Below are positions 46,496 to 56,160 of a stretch of DNA of 64,000 bases, piece after piece. Position 1 is the stretch's first letter. Every line of letters begins with the position of its first letter. The notes beneath the pieces were generated by a model that worked only from the letters and a program-made list of their open reading frames with translations, ran no database searches and was not told the DNA's origin. This DNA is from Acidobacteriota bacterium (lineage in GTDB: Bacteria; Acidobacteriota; UBA4820; DSQY01), in the NCBI GenBank assembly GCA_049967655.1, contig JBMFSH010000002.1, positions 64,001 through 128,000 on the forward strand. Direction: 5' to 3'. The translations under genes were made by a program, and so were the position numbers.

Positions 46496-48045
46496 GGAGA
46501 GAGCCGCGCTCCGGGCTGGTTGGCCCGGGACGGCCGGGCGAAAAAGAGAACCACGAGCAGAGGCAGCAGAAGCCAGCCATTGCCGACGCGGTCCCAGAGG
46601 GTCTTTTGGGACCGGAACTCCACCAAACCCCAAAAGGAAGCGGGCTGGCCCTTCGGAGTGGCGGCCTGGAGTTGGCCGCGCGGGGTGACGACGCCGCTGA
46701 CCCCCCCGTTGGCGCTGCGGATCAGATAGCGATCGTTCTCCACCGCCCGAACCCGCTGAATCAGAAAGTCCTGGTCGGGTCCGGGCGTGCCCCGGTACCA
46801 GGCGTCGTTGGTCATGTTCACCAGGAGCTGGGCCCCGTTCAGAACCTCCCGGCGCACGAGGGACGGGAAGATGCCTTCGTAGCAGATGGTAACCCCCACC
46901 TTTCCCTCCGGCAGGGAGAGGGGCTGAAGGCTGTGGCCCGGAGCGAACTCCCCAACCTCCTCCACGATGGGCCTGGCGAAGAAGAGCCACTGGCGGAGGG
47001 GCACGTACTCGCCGAAGGGCACGAGGTGGGTCTTGGCGTAGCGCCCCGCCTCCTTGCCGTCGGGCATGACCAGCACGGCGCCGTTCTGGTAGCCTTCCGC
47101 GGAGGAGAGGACGCTTCCCACCAGGATGGGGGAGTTGATGGCGCCGGCCACCTTCGCCACGGCCTGGCGGTAAGTGGCGTCGGCGTCCCATTCGAAGGGC
47201 GTGCTGGATTCGGGCCAGACCAGGAGCTTCAGGCCATAGTGCTGGAAGGCCATGGAGAGATCCAAGGTCCGCTTCAGGATCATGCCGGAGAATTGGGGGT
47301 CCCACTTGCGGTTCTGCGGAATTTGGGGCTGCAGATAGCCCACCGGCACGGTCGGCTTGGGCTCCACGGGCCGTGCGTTCCACCACGCGCCCGCCAGATA
47401 GGACCCCACGAGGAGGAGCAGCGCGGCGGGGACGGCCACCAGGGCGACCGTGCTATGCCGATCCCTGAGGTACAGGGTGATCGCGGCGGAGCCGAGGAGG
47501 ACCAGGAAGGAGAGCCCAAGGATTCCGAAGAGCCGGGTTCCCTGCAGGAACGCGGGGTAGAGGCTCAGCGCGTATCCGGGCCCCCACCAGGGAAAGCCGC
47601 TGAGGAGGACGCCCCGCAGCCACTCCCAGAGGACCCAGACGAAGGGCGCCAGGACGATGGCCCAATCGCCGCGCCGCTTCACAAGAAAGGCCATGGTCCC
47701 GAGAAAGCCTGCCATGTAGAGCCCGAGGACTCCGCACATGCCCAGGACCAGAAGGAGGGCCAGCGGCTCGGCGATGTTCCCGTATCGGACCAGCGTTGGA
47801 ATGAGCCACCACAGGGTGCTGAACTCCCAGAGGGTTCCCGCCAGCCAACCCTTCGACAGCACTTTGGCCATGGGCACGCCGGGCAGCGAATAGAGCAGGG
47901 GCACGAAGGCCAGGACGGCCAGGATCCCGATCCCGTACGGAGGAAGGGAGGCGGCCCAGAGAAAAACTCCGAGAAGCAGGGAGAGCGGCCACCTCAGCCG
48001 ATCCGACCCAAGGAACCCCAGCGCGCTTGCCACTCTTCGAGCCAT
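46492..48045 (-). CDS. lnt: apolipoprotein N-acyltransferase
   Basis: GFPW, QPQI...KW, VWPES, KTHLVPFGEYVP, ICYE, TNDAW and RSANGGVS motifs. Confidence 0.96.
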   Translation of the reverse strand: MARRVASALGFLGSDRLRWPLSLLLGVFLWAASLPPYGIGILAVLAFVPLLYSLPGVPMAKVLSKGWLAGTLWEFSTLWWLIPTLVRYGNIAEPLALLLVLGMCGVLGLYMAGFLGTMAFLVKRRGDWAIVLAPFVWVLWEWLRGVLLSGFPWWGPGYALSLYPAFLQGTRLFGILGLSFLVLLGSAAITLYLRDRHSTVALVAVPAALLLLVGSYLAGAWWNARPVEPKPTVPVGYLQPQIPQNRKWDPQFSGMILKRTLDLSMAFQHYGLKLLVWPESSTPFEWDADATYRQAVAKVAGAINSPILVGSVLSSAEGYQNGAVLVMPDGKEAGRYAKTHLVPFGEYVPLRQWLFFARPIVEEVGEFAPGHSLQPLSLPEGKVGVTICYEGIFPSLVRREVLNGAQLLVNMTNDAWYRGTPGPDQDFLIQRVRAVENDRYLIRSANGGVSGVVTPRGQLQAATPKGQPASFWGLVEFRSQKTLWDRVGNGWLLLPLLVVLFFARPSRANQPGARLSP

Positions 48046-50174
48046 TGGTTGAATCGCTCCTTCTCGTCCGCATCCCACGTGAAATCCGGGGCGGCCAGCC
48101 GGGCCGCCCAGTTCCTGGCCTTCTGGAGCATATCAAAATCTCGCAGCGGATTGGCCAGCCGGAAGCCACCCCCTCCCCACTGCCGGGTACCCGCCGGATC
48201 TCCGGCCCCGCGGAGCTGCAAGTCGGCCTCCGCGATGGCGAACCCGTCGCGGGTGCCTTCCAGAACCTTGAGGCGCTTCAGCGCCTCGTCTCCGGCGTCC
48301 GGACCCTGCATCAGGATGCAGTACCCTTTATGGCCGGCCCGGCCGACCCGGCCCCGGAACTGGTGGAGCTGGGCCAGACCGAACCGCTCGGCGTGCTCGA
48401 TCATCATGACCGAGGCCTCGGGCAGGTCCACCCCCACCTCGACCACGGAGGTGGCCACGAGGAGCCGGATCTCGCCGCTCCTCAAGCGCTCCATCACGGC
48501 CTCCTTCTCCCGCGGTTTCATGCGGCCGTGGAGGAGGGCCGCCGGGTAGCCCCGGAACGGCCCCGCCGTCAGCCGCTGGAATCCCTGCGTAGCGGCCTGG
48601 AGGTCGGTGGCCGCCGACTCCTCCACCAGCGGGTAGATGACGAAGACCTGGCGCCCCGCGTCCATCTCGCGCCGCAGGAACTCCTCCACCCGATGGCGCG
48701 CCGTTGGGTCGCGGACCACGGTCACCACCTCCCGGCGCCCCGGCGGCAGCTCGTCCAGGACGCTCAGATCCAGATCGCCGTACAGGGTAAGGGCCAGGCT
48801 CCGGGGAATGGGCGTGGCCGACATGACCAGGACGTTGGGCTCCCTCCCCTTCGCCACCAGCCGCGCTCGCTGAACCACCCCGAAACGGTGCTGCTCGTCG
48901 ATGACGACCATACCCAGAGAGGCGTAGTCCACACCCTCCTGAAAGAGACTGTGCGTCCCCACGATCAGACGCATTTGCCCGGAGGCGAGGGCGGCCAGGA
49001 GATCCCTGCGCGCCTTTCCCTTGACGGCCGCCGTCAGGAGCCCCACGGGCATCCCCGAGGGCCCGGCCATGGATTGCAGCTGCTTGAACTGCTGGCCCGC
49101 GAGCACCTCGGTGGGCGCCATGAAGGCCGCCTGGAAGCCCTGGTGCGCGGCCATGATCATAGCCAGGAACGCCACCACCGTCTTCCCGCTTCCCACGTCC
49201 CCGTGCAGGAGCCGGTACATGGGCGCGGGCGACTCCAGATCCGCGACGATTTCCTTGAGCACGCGGCGCTGCGCCCCCGTCAGGCGGAAGGGCAGGAGCC
49301 CGCGGAGGAGATCGCCGGTGGCGGGATCTGGGCGGATGATCACTCCGCGCAGGCTCTTTCTCTCCTGCCGCGCCGCCACGAGGGAGGACTGGAGCCCGAG
49401 CAACTCCTCAAAGGCCAACCGCTTGTAGGCGGGCGTCTTGACCGCCGCCAGATCCTGTAGTGAGTCGCCGTCATCAGGGAAATGGGCCTTTCGAAATGCC
49501 TCTTGGCGATCCGCCCAGCCCTCCTCCCGCAGGAGTGCCTTCGGAAGAACCTCCAAAATGGGCTGGCCCGCTTCGAAGACCCTAAACATGAGCGTGCGGA
49601 AAGCCTTGCTGGATAGGTTCCCCGCCCTCTTGTAGACGGGGACGATCCGATCCAAGTGGATGGCGGCCTCGCCCGGCGAGGGCACCTTCTCCACCTCCGG
49701 ACTCTCCAGCTCGAGCCTGAGCCCGCCTCGGACGGAAAAGAGTTCGACCCTCCCGAAGAGGAAAAGCTCCGTGCCTTGAGGAAGGGATTCCTTGAGCCAG
49801 GGCTGGTTGAACCAGACCACGTGAATGCTGCCCGTGGCGTCCGCCACGAGAGCCTCGGTGACGTGCACCCCCCTTCGCCTGGCGCTCCGGGAGGTGAGGG
49901 CGAGGAGCTTGGCCCTCACGCAGACCGCCTGGCCAGGGCTGAGGGAGGCGATGGGTACGGGATGGCGGCGGTCTTCGAACCGGCAGGGAAGCCACCACAG
50001 CAGATCGTCGCGGGTGACGAGCCCCGCGGCCGCCAGACTTCGCGCCGTGGCAGCGCCCACACCCGGCAGACCCTGGAGGCCTTGGCCGGAGGGAGCCCGC
50101 CTGGTGGGCGTATCAGTCGCAGCGCTCTTCGTGGTTCCCGTTCGCCGCGTAGAGCTCTTCGATGAGATGGGCAT
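47994..50174 (-). CDS. recG: ATP-dependent DNA helicase RecG (true start may be further downstream)
   Basis: GDVGSGKT, APTE, DEQHRFG, MSATPIPRSL, ERFGLAQLHQFRGRVGR and DGF.IAE.DL..RG motifs. Confidence 0.96.
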   Translation of the reverse strand: MPISSKSSTRRTGTTKSAATDTPTRRAPSGQGLQGLPGVGAATARSLAAAGLVTRDDLLWWLPCRFEDRRHPVPIASLSPGQAVCVRAKLLALTSRSARRRGVHVTEALVADATGSIHVVWFNQPWLKESLPQGTELFLFGRVELFSVRGGLRLELESPEVEKVPSPGEAAIHLDRIVPVYKRAGNLSSKAFRTLMFRVFEAGQPILEVLPKALLREEGWADRQEAFRKAHFPDDGDSLQDLAAVKTPAYKRLAFEELLGLQSSLVAARQERKSLRGVIIRPDPATGDLLRGLLPFRLTGAQRRVLKEIVADLESPAPMYRLLHGDVGSGKTVVAFLAMIMAAHQGFQAAFMAPTEVLAGQQFKQLQSMAGPSGMPVGLLTAAVKGKARRDLLAALASGQMRLIVGTHSLFQEGVDYASLGMVVIDEQHRFGVVQRARLVAKGREPNVLVMSATPIPRSLALTLYGDLDLSVLDELPPGRREVVTVVRDPTARHRVEEFLRREMDAGRQVFVIYPLVEESAATDLQAATQGFQRLTAGPFRGYPAALLHGRMKPREKEAVMERLRSGEIRLLVATSVVEVGVDLPEASVMMIEHAERFGLAQLHQFRGRVGRAGHKGYCILMQGPDAGDEALKRLKVLEGTRDGFAIAEADLQLRGAGDPAGTRQWGGGGFRLANPLRDFDMLQKARNWAARLAAPDFTWDADEKERFNQWLEEWQARWGSLGRIG

Positions 50175-51945
50175 ACCGTTGGTCGATCACCCGCCGCTTG
50201 ACCTTCAGGGTGGGCGTCAGCTCCCCCTCCTCCTGGCTGAGCTCCCTGGGCAGCAGCTTACAGCGCTTCACCTGCTCGTAGCGAGACAGGTTGGCATTGG
50301 CTCGTTCGATGACGTGGCCGAACAGGTGCTTCACCACCGGCTCCTCCACCAGGTCCCGCGGATCGATCTTGTTTATGCCCTTGGAGCGGGCGTAGTCGAT
50401 GACGTTGTCCCAGTTGGGAACGATCAGGGCGGTGATGTAGGGGCGACGATCGCCGATCAGGACGGCCTGGGAGACGTACTTGTTCATCTTGAGGAGGTTC
50501 TCGATGGGCTGCGGCGCCACGTTCTTGCCGCCCGCCGTAACGATGAGCTCCTTCTTCCGGTCCGTGATGAAGAGGTAGCCGTCCTCGTCGAGGCGGGCGA
50601 TGTCGCCCGTGGCGAACCAGCCGTCCTCGGTGAGCACCTCGCGCGTTTCCGCCGGCATCTTGTAGTAGCCGCTCATCACGTTGGGGCCCCGCACCCAGAG
50701 CTCTCCGTCCTCGGCGATGCGGACCTCCACGTTGGTGAGGGCGCGCCCCGGCGAGCCGAAGCGGATCCGGTCGGTGCCGTCGGCATCCACCTCGTTCACG
50801 GTGACGACGGGCGACGTCTCCGTCAGGCCGTAGCCCTCGGCGACGGGGAGGCCGCAGCCGTAAAAGAACACCGCGAGGTGCCGAGGGAGGGGGGCCCCAC
50901 CTGAGACGAAGAAGCGAATCCGCCCGCCGACCTTCTCCCGCAGCTTCTTCCCCAGGATCTTGTCGGCGATGGACCTTCTGAAGGCCAGCCCGACCGGGAT
51001 CTTCCCGGCCTTCTTCGCTTCGGCCCACGCGCTCAGGGTGTCCATGCTCCAATGGATGAGACCCTTCTTGAGGCGGGAGGAGTGCGCCGCCTGCTCCATG
51101 AGGCGCGCATAGACCTTCTCGTAGAGGCGGGGAACGGCCGCCATGACCGTGGGCTTCACCTCGGCCAGGTTCTCGGCGACCTTGTCGATGCTCTCCGCAT
51201 AGGCGATGGTCATTCCCTTCCAGAAGAAGCAGTAGTCGATCATACGCTCGAGGGAGTGGCTGAGCGGGAGGAAGACGAGACCCCGGTCGGTCTCGTCGAT
51301 GGCCAGGTATTGCATGCCGGCCCGGCAGTTCTCCACGAAGCACTTGTGTTCGAGCAGGACGCCCTTCGGCACGCCCGTGGTCCCAGAGGTGTAGATGATC
51401 GTCGCCAGGTCTCCCGGCTTCACGGTGCCAGCCACCCGGCGGTGCACTCCCGGGTTTTTAGCCGCGAAATCCACTCCCCACTGAAGGATGGTGTCCCAGG
51501 GGAGCAGCTCGCTCGGCCCCTTCGGAGGGGGGTCCATGATCACGATGTTCCGAAGGCGCTTCAGCGAGTCTTTCTGGGAGAGGAGCTTGTTGGCCTGATC
51601 CTCGTTGGAGACGATGGCCACCTCGGCGTCTGAATTCCCCACGATGTAGGCGCTCTCGACCGCGTTCAGCGTGGCGTAAAGGGGTACGTTGACCGCCGCT
51701 GCGGTGAGGATGGCGTAGTCGGCCATGAGCCACTTGGGGCGGTCCTCCGAGATCAGGGCCACCTTGTCGCCCGGCTTCACCCCCAGGGCCATGAGGCCGC
51801 AGGAGAACCGCTCCACCGTCCGGGCCACCTCCTCGGAGGAGACCACCTCCCAGAGCCCCTTCTTCTTGCGCATCAGGAGGTCCGGCCTTTTCAGGTTGTC
51901 CACGGTGTTGAAATACAGGTCGCACAGGGTCCGAATTTCAGCCAT
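50113..51945 (-). CDS. long-chain fatty acid--CoA ligase (AMP-binding)
   Basis: YTSGTTGVPKG, EGYGLTETSP, TGDI and DRKKELIVTAGGKNVAP motifs. Confidence 0.95.
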   Translation of the reverse strand: MAEIRTLCDLYFNTVDNLKRPDLLMRKKKGLWEVVSSEEVARTVERFSCGLMALGVKPGDKVALISEDRPKWLMADYAILTAAAVNVPLYATLNAVESAYIVGNSDAEVAIVSNEDQANKLLSQKDSLKRLRNIVIMDPPPKGPSELLPWDTILQWGVDFAAKNPGVHRRVAGTVKPGDLATIIYTSGTTGVPKGVLLEHKCFVENCRAGMQYLAIDETDRGLVFLPLSHSLERMIDYCFFWKGMTIAYAESIDKVAENLAEVKPTVMAAVPRLYEKVYARLMEQAAHSSRLKKGLIHWSMDTLSAWAEAKKAGKIPVGLAFRRSIADKILGKKLREKVGGRIRFFVSGGAPLPRHLAVFFYGCGLPVAEGYGLTETSPVVTVNEVDADGTDRIRFGSPGRALTNVEVRIAEDGELWVRGPNVMSGYYKMPAETREVLTEDGWFATGDIARLDEDGYLFITDRKKELIVTAGGKNVAPQPIENLLKMNKYVSQAVLIGDRRPYITALIVPNWDNVIDYARSKGINKIDPRDLVEEPVVKHLFGHVIERANANLSRYEQVKRCKLLPRELSQEEGELTPTLKVKRRVIDQRYAHLIEELYAANGNHEERCD

Positions 51946-51989
51946 CACCCCCTCCTCCGTTGAATGTCAGTCTAACACGGCGCCCGCGC

Positions 51990-52598
51990 TCAGCGGACCA
52001 GGCCCCCCGCGGGAACGTTGATGCCCAGGACCCCGTCCACCCAGTGGTCCCCATCCCTGACGAAGGGCACCGCCACGTAAGCCAGGCCGGTGGGTTCGAA
52101 GAGGCACTCCACTCCCGTGACGTCGCCGGCCCTGTCCAGATAGGCCAGCCAGGTCAGGCGGGCCATCTCGGGAAGGTCCGCCGGATCCAGCACTCCCTCC
52201 AGGACGGGGGCCTCTCCCGGCTCCAGGGCGATGCTCGCCGGAGCCAGGGCGTAGCGGAGCGTCAGGTTGTCATAGAGAGCCGCCCTCGGGCTCCAGAAGG
52301 CCGGGAAGAACAGGGGCCCCAGGGGAGTGAGGCGGTCGTAGGCCCTCCTGCGCTCCTCGTTCGGCGCGCGCCAGCTCGCCTTGCCCTCCAGCCGCCAGAA
52401 GGGGACGTAGATCGTCTCTCCCGAACCTGCGCCCGCCGAAGGTTTGGCGTACAGGAGGGGGAAGGGTCTCGGAGATCGGTGCATGGAAACCGCCAAGCGG
52501 CAGGGGTGGCAGAGAAAGACGAGGGCCCTCTCGCCTCCCGCCAGCTCGCCTCCGCACCGCGGACAGTCCAGAGGAATCAGCAGGGGCTCGCCGCTCAT
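51990..52598 (-). CDS. zinc-ribbon protein (soluble), paralogue 3
   Basis: CPRCG...CHPC, YVPFW, VAVPF and WVDGVLG motifs; ATG overlaps the upstream stop. Confidence 0.7.
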   Translation of the reverse strand: MSGEPLLIPLDCPRCGGELAGGERALVFLCHPCRLAVSMHRSPRPFPLLYAKPSAGAGSGETIYVPFWRLEGKASWRAPNEERRRAYDRLTPLGPLFFPAFWSPRAALYDNLTLRYALAPASIALEPGEAPVLEGVLDPADLPEMARLTWLAYLDRAGDVTGVECLFEPTGLAYVAVPFVRDGDHWVDGVLGINVPAGGLVR

Positions 52599-53764
52599 AG
52601 GCCCCACCGCTCCAGCCCCTTGGTGGCTCCGCCAAGGATGGCCTCCACGAAGAACCGCAGCAGCCCGTTGACCGGAGCCATGGGGCTCTTGGGCACGGGT
52701 CCCGCGGCGTCCACCCTCGCGCCGCCGCCTCCCAGGCGGACCACGAACGGGGCCCGGATCAGCAGCCAAGCCGCGTTGAGTCCCAGCGCAATGAGTGAGA
52801 AGAGGAGCACGCCCACTATCGCCAGGACGCGCACCACGGCCCAGCGCCCCTGGCCCTGCGCGAGCTCCTGGCCGGCGCTGAGGGCGCCGGCGATGGCCGA
52901 GAGGAGCTGGCCGACGAAGAAACCCAGGCCCGCGGTCATGACGAGGCCGGCTACGACCGCGTAGTCCCTGCGGAAGGGGAGGTGGCCCGACACCCATCGC
53001 CCGCCCACCTCCTCCACCGTCACGGCATAGAACTGGCCGCCGTAGCGGAAGGTCAGGGTCTGAACCGGAATGTAGAGAAGCGCCGGCTGGAGCTGCATGA
53101 CCTTGAGCTCTCCCGCCGCCGACTGGACGGCCTTCACGCCGATATCGAGAATCCTCTCGAGGGGGATGTCCACATCCACCACCTCGCCCTGGCCCGCCAG
53201 CTCCGCGATGTCGGCGGGCACCGCGCGGTCCAGGCTCTCCTTCACGGCGTCCCGAAGGTCCACGTCCAAAAGGTCCCAGTTGGTGAGGGCCGCCGCGGAG
53301 TAGATGTAGCGGAAGTCGCCCAGGATCACGCGGCTGTCCTCCTCCACGCGGACCTCCGTCTTCGGTCGTTCGAAGGTGCGCTGAAACGGCTTGCGGATGG
53401 CGACCTCGTCCAGTCCAGCCAGGCCGGCCGCGGGGTCTTGCACCACCCGCTCCCTGCCGATGGCCAGTACGCCGCCCCTCTTGCCGGTGAGGAGATAGAA
53501 GGGGAGATAGCTCCTTTGCCGCTGCACGAGGAGCGCCCTGCGGCTGAGGTCCGACGGGAGCCAGCGGCCGCGCAGCAGGGCCCGCGCCGCGGCCTGCAGC
53601 TCCTGCTCGCCCATGGAGGGCGGGAGCAGGTATCGCGGGAGAAAGCCCGGTTCGCGGTAGAAGAGCGGCTTGCCGCAGAATTCGCAGATCATCTTTCGGG
53701 CGGCCAGCGGCGGGCCGACCGTTCCCCCGCACGCGGGGCAGCTCAGCGCCCTCGGTCCACTCAC
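52595..53764 (-). CDS. zinc-ribbon membrane protein, paralogue 2
   Basis: CPACGG...CEFCG, YLPFY, LYIPV...Y.G..Y; C-terminal TM helices; GTG overlaps the upstream stop. Confidence 0.7.
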   Translation of the reverse strand: MSGPRALSCPACGGTVGPPLAARKMICEFCGKPLFYREPGFLPRYLLPPSMGEQELQAAARALLRGRWLPSDLSRRALLVQRQRSYLPFYLLTGKRGGVLAIGRERVVQDPAAGLAGLDEVAIRKPFQRTFERPKTEVRVEEDSRVILGDFRYIYSAAALTNWDLLDVDLRDAVKESLDRAVPADIAELAGQGEVVDVDIPLERILDIGVKAVQSAAGELKVMQLQPALLYIPVQTLTFRYGGQFYAVTVEEVGGRWVSGHLPFRRDYAVVAGLVMTAGLGFFVGQLLSAIAGALSAGQELAQGQGRWAVVRVLAIVGVLLFSLIALGLNAAWLLIRAPFVVRLGGGGARVDAAGPVPKSPMAPVNGLLRFFVEAILGGATKGLERWGL

Positions 53765-54477
53765 GGCCCGCCCTCCTGGAAGAATCGTCGCACGGCGGGA
53801 TAGGCGGCCGCCGCGCTCCCCGCCACCACCGCGAGGCTCCAGATGCCCCGCAGGAGGAAGGCCTCGGCGGTGAAGACCAGGAACAGGAGAGTCAACACCG
53901 CCCAGAAGCGCCGCGAAATCTGCGTGGTCTGAGGGGGCGGGCCCTCTCCCAAATGGACCTTGCCCGTGACCCCGTCGATCCAGGCCGAGTAGCTCTTGTC
54001 CGCACCGTAGGTCAGCCGGTAGAAGGGCACCATGACCAGGCTGAACCGGCCCGATGCCTCGCGCCCGTGCCACTGGGCCGAGGCGCTCTCCGCGCAGGGC
54101 AGCACCGCGAAGCCGCTCGCGGCCTCCTCGGAAAAGTAGGCGGCGCCGGCCGAAGGCAGGCTGAAGCCGTGCAGGGCGGGAGGCTGGGGGCTGAAGGCGG
54201 CGATGGTCCTCCGTCCGCCCTCCTCCTGAACGCTCCAAAACGGAAGGAGCTCCGGAGCCACGGACTGAACGGGAAGGGAGGGCATTTCCGCCTCCGCCAG
54301 GGCCTCTCCCAGGAGCAACTCCACCCTGGCCCGGGGCACGGCGGGCGGAATCAGAAACCGCTGGAAGGTCTGAGCCCGATCCAGGTAGAGGGTGGAACCG
54401 CAGAAGGGACAGCGGAGGAAGGGCTCGTCCCGTTCAAGCGCAATCTTCCCGGCGCAGTTCGCGCAGCGGACCTCCAT
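53761..54477 (-). CDS. zinc-ribbon membrane protein, paralogue 1
   Basis: CANCAG...CPFCGS, LLPFW, MVPFY...Y and WIDGVTG motifs; C-terminal TM hairpin; GGAGAGGG RBS. Confidence 0.72.
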   Translation of the reverse strand: MEVRCANCAGKIALERDEPFLRCPFCGSTLYLDRAQTFQRFLIPPAVPRARVELLLGEALAEAEMPSLPVQSVAPELLPFWSVQEEGGRRTIAAFSPQPPALHGFSLPSAGAAYFSEEAASGFAVLPCAESASAQWHGREASGRFSLVMVPFYRLTYGADKSYSAWIDGVTGKVHLGEGPPPQTTQISRRFWAVLTLLFLVFTAEAFLLRGIWSLAVVAGSAAAAYPAVRRFFQEGGP

Positions 54478-54556
54478 CGTCCCTCTCCACGGCCCTGGAA
54501 ACTTAAACCCCTCTCCCGATCATGGCACGCAGCTCGAATCGGACTCGAACGCCATC

Positions 54557-55963
54557 TTACCGCCCATTCCGTCTTCCTTCCAGCATCCCGGCCAGCCTCC
54601 GCGGCAGGTCGTAGAAACTCCCGCTGGAAAAGAAGGCCACGAGATCCCCGCCCTTCAGCCGACCGCCGAACCACTCCAAGTATTCCTCCGGCGAGGCCAT
54701 GACCTCGGCCTCCTTTCCCGCCGCCCTCAGCGCGGAGGCCACGAGGACGAGGTCGAGCCGCTCCTCCGCTGGAATCTTCCCCGGGCCCGGCATGGGACCG
54801 AGAAGGACGGCCTGGGCCAGCGCAAAGGCCGTGGGCAGGGAATCCTGATGCTGCCGGGTCTGGCACGTGAAGGAGCGGGGCTCGAAACAGGCCACGATGC
54901 GGCGGCCCGAGAAGCGCTGCGCCAGTGCGCCGAGCGTCTCGCGGATGGCCGTCGGGTGATGCGCGAAGTCGTCCACGATGGTGATTCCGCCGCCGTCGAA
55001 CACCACCTCCTGCCGACGGCGGACCCCCGGGAAACCGGCCAGCGCCTCGCGCAATGCCTCCAGGGGGGCGCCGGCTTCCAGGCATGCGCCGAGCGCGGCG
55101 ATGGAGTTCCTGAGGTTGTGGGCGCCGCTCAAGGGGCTGGCGAAGGGGCCCAGCCGCACTCCCGCCCGGACCAGGTCGAATCGCGCGCCCGCCGGAGTGA
55201 AGGCCACCGCGGCCGCGGTCCACTCCTCCGTTCCGGTGAGGCCGAAGCTCTGGACCCGCCGCCCAGCGAGGGGCGCGAGTTTCCTCACCGACGGGCTCTC
55301 CACGCCGAGGAGGACCAGCCCCTCCGGGCGCACCGCGCCGAAGAGGCGCACGAAGGCCGTTTCGAGCTCGCCCAGGGTCCTGAAATTGTCCAGGTGGTCC
55401 ATCTCGATGTTGTTCACGATCAGGAGGCTGGGAGCGTAATGCAGAAATTTCGGCCCCTTGTCGAAGTAGGCCGTCTCGTACTCGTCGCCCTCGAGGACGG
55501 TCCACTCCCCTCCGCCCCAGAGGAAGGAACTTTCCAGACCCCTCACGACGCCGCCCACGATGAGGTTGGGCGCGAGTCCGGCCCTCTCCAGCAGGTAGCC
55601 GCAGAGGGCCGTGGTCGTGGTCTTGCCGTGGGTTCCCGCCACCACGAGGCTCCTGCGCCCTTGTACCGCGAAGCGCCCGATCGCCTCGGCCATGGATAGG
55701 TAGTCGATGCCCTCGTCCACCGCGGCTCGGGCTTCAGGGTTGTCTGAATGAATCGCGTTGCCGATGACCACGAGATCCGGCCGAGGATGTAGGTGTGCCG
55801 GATCAAACCCCTGGGCCACGGGGATGCCGTAGCGCGCCACCATCTCGCTCATGGGCGGGTAGAGGGCCGTGTCGCACCCCGTCACCTCGTGTCCCTGCGC
55901 CTTCAGGAGCCCCGCGAGAGCCCCCATCCCCGTGCCGCCCACGGCCATCATGTGGATCCTCAT
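54557..55963 (-). CDS. mpl: murein tripeptide ligase (Mpl, MurC-like)
   Basis: GGTGMGALA, YPPMS, AGTHGKTTT, EGDEYETAYFDKGPKF, DDFAHHPTA and FEPRS motifs. Confidence 0.9.
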   Translation of the reverse strand: MRIHMMAVGGTGMGALAGLLKAQGHEVTGCDTALYPPMSEMVARYGIPVAQGFDPAHLHPRPDLVVIGNAIHSDNPEARAAVDEGIDYLSMAEAIGRFAVQGRRSLVVAGTHGKTTTTALCGYLLERAGLAPNLIVGGVVRGLESSFLWGGGEWTVLEGDEYETAYFDKGPKFLHYAPSLLIVNNIEMDHLDNFRTLGELETAFVRLFGAVRPEGLVLLGVESPSVRKLAPLAGRRVQSFGLTGTEEWTAAAVAFTPAGARFDLVRAGVRLGPFASPLSGAHNLRNSIAALGACLEAGAPLEALREALAGFPGVRRRQEVVFDGGGITIVDDFAHHPTAIRETLGALAQRFSGRRIVACFEPRSFTCQTRQHQDSLPTAFALAQAVLLGPMPGPGKIPAEERLDLVLVASALRAAGKEAEVMASPEEYLEWFGGRLKGGDLVAFFSSGSFYDLPRRLAGMLEGRRNGR

Positions 55964-56160
55964 CGCCCCTCCCTCACAACAGGCCCGAGCCGGCCCACTC
56001 GCCGTGCTCGCGGAATGAGCATGATAAACCAGGGACAACCAAAAATGCAGGGTGAGGGCCACCCGGGGCCGGCCTCCGCAACCCGGCGGGGACGAGAGAT
56101 CGAGCTCGTCTTCCTTGAAATCGGCTGGGCTTCTTGCTACCTTGGCGCAGCGGAGGCCCC

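Noticed and set aside
46496..47386. N-terminal extension of the 1419-aa ORF (43127..47386)
   Set aside because: Overlaps lnt in another frame; ATG 46495 coupled to the lnt stop is the better start
46108..48549. 813-aa plus-strand ORF
   Set aside because: Antisense shadow of lnt/recG in high-GC DNA; no recognisable motifs
52599..53732. Upstream extension of the 580-aa ORF (51990..53732)
   Set aside because: Off-frame overlap with zinc-ribbon paralogue 2; the plausible protein begins at ATG 52598
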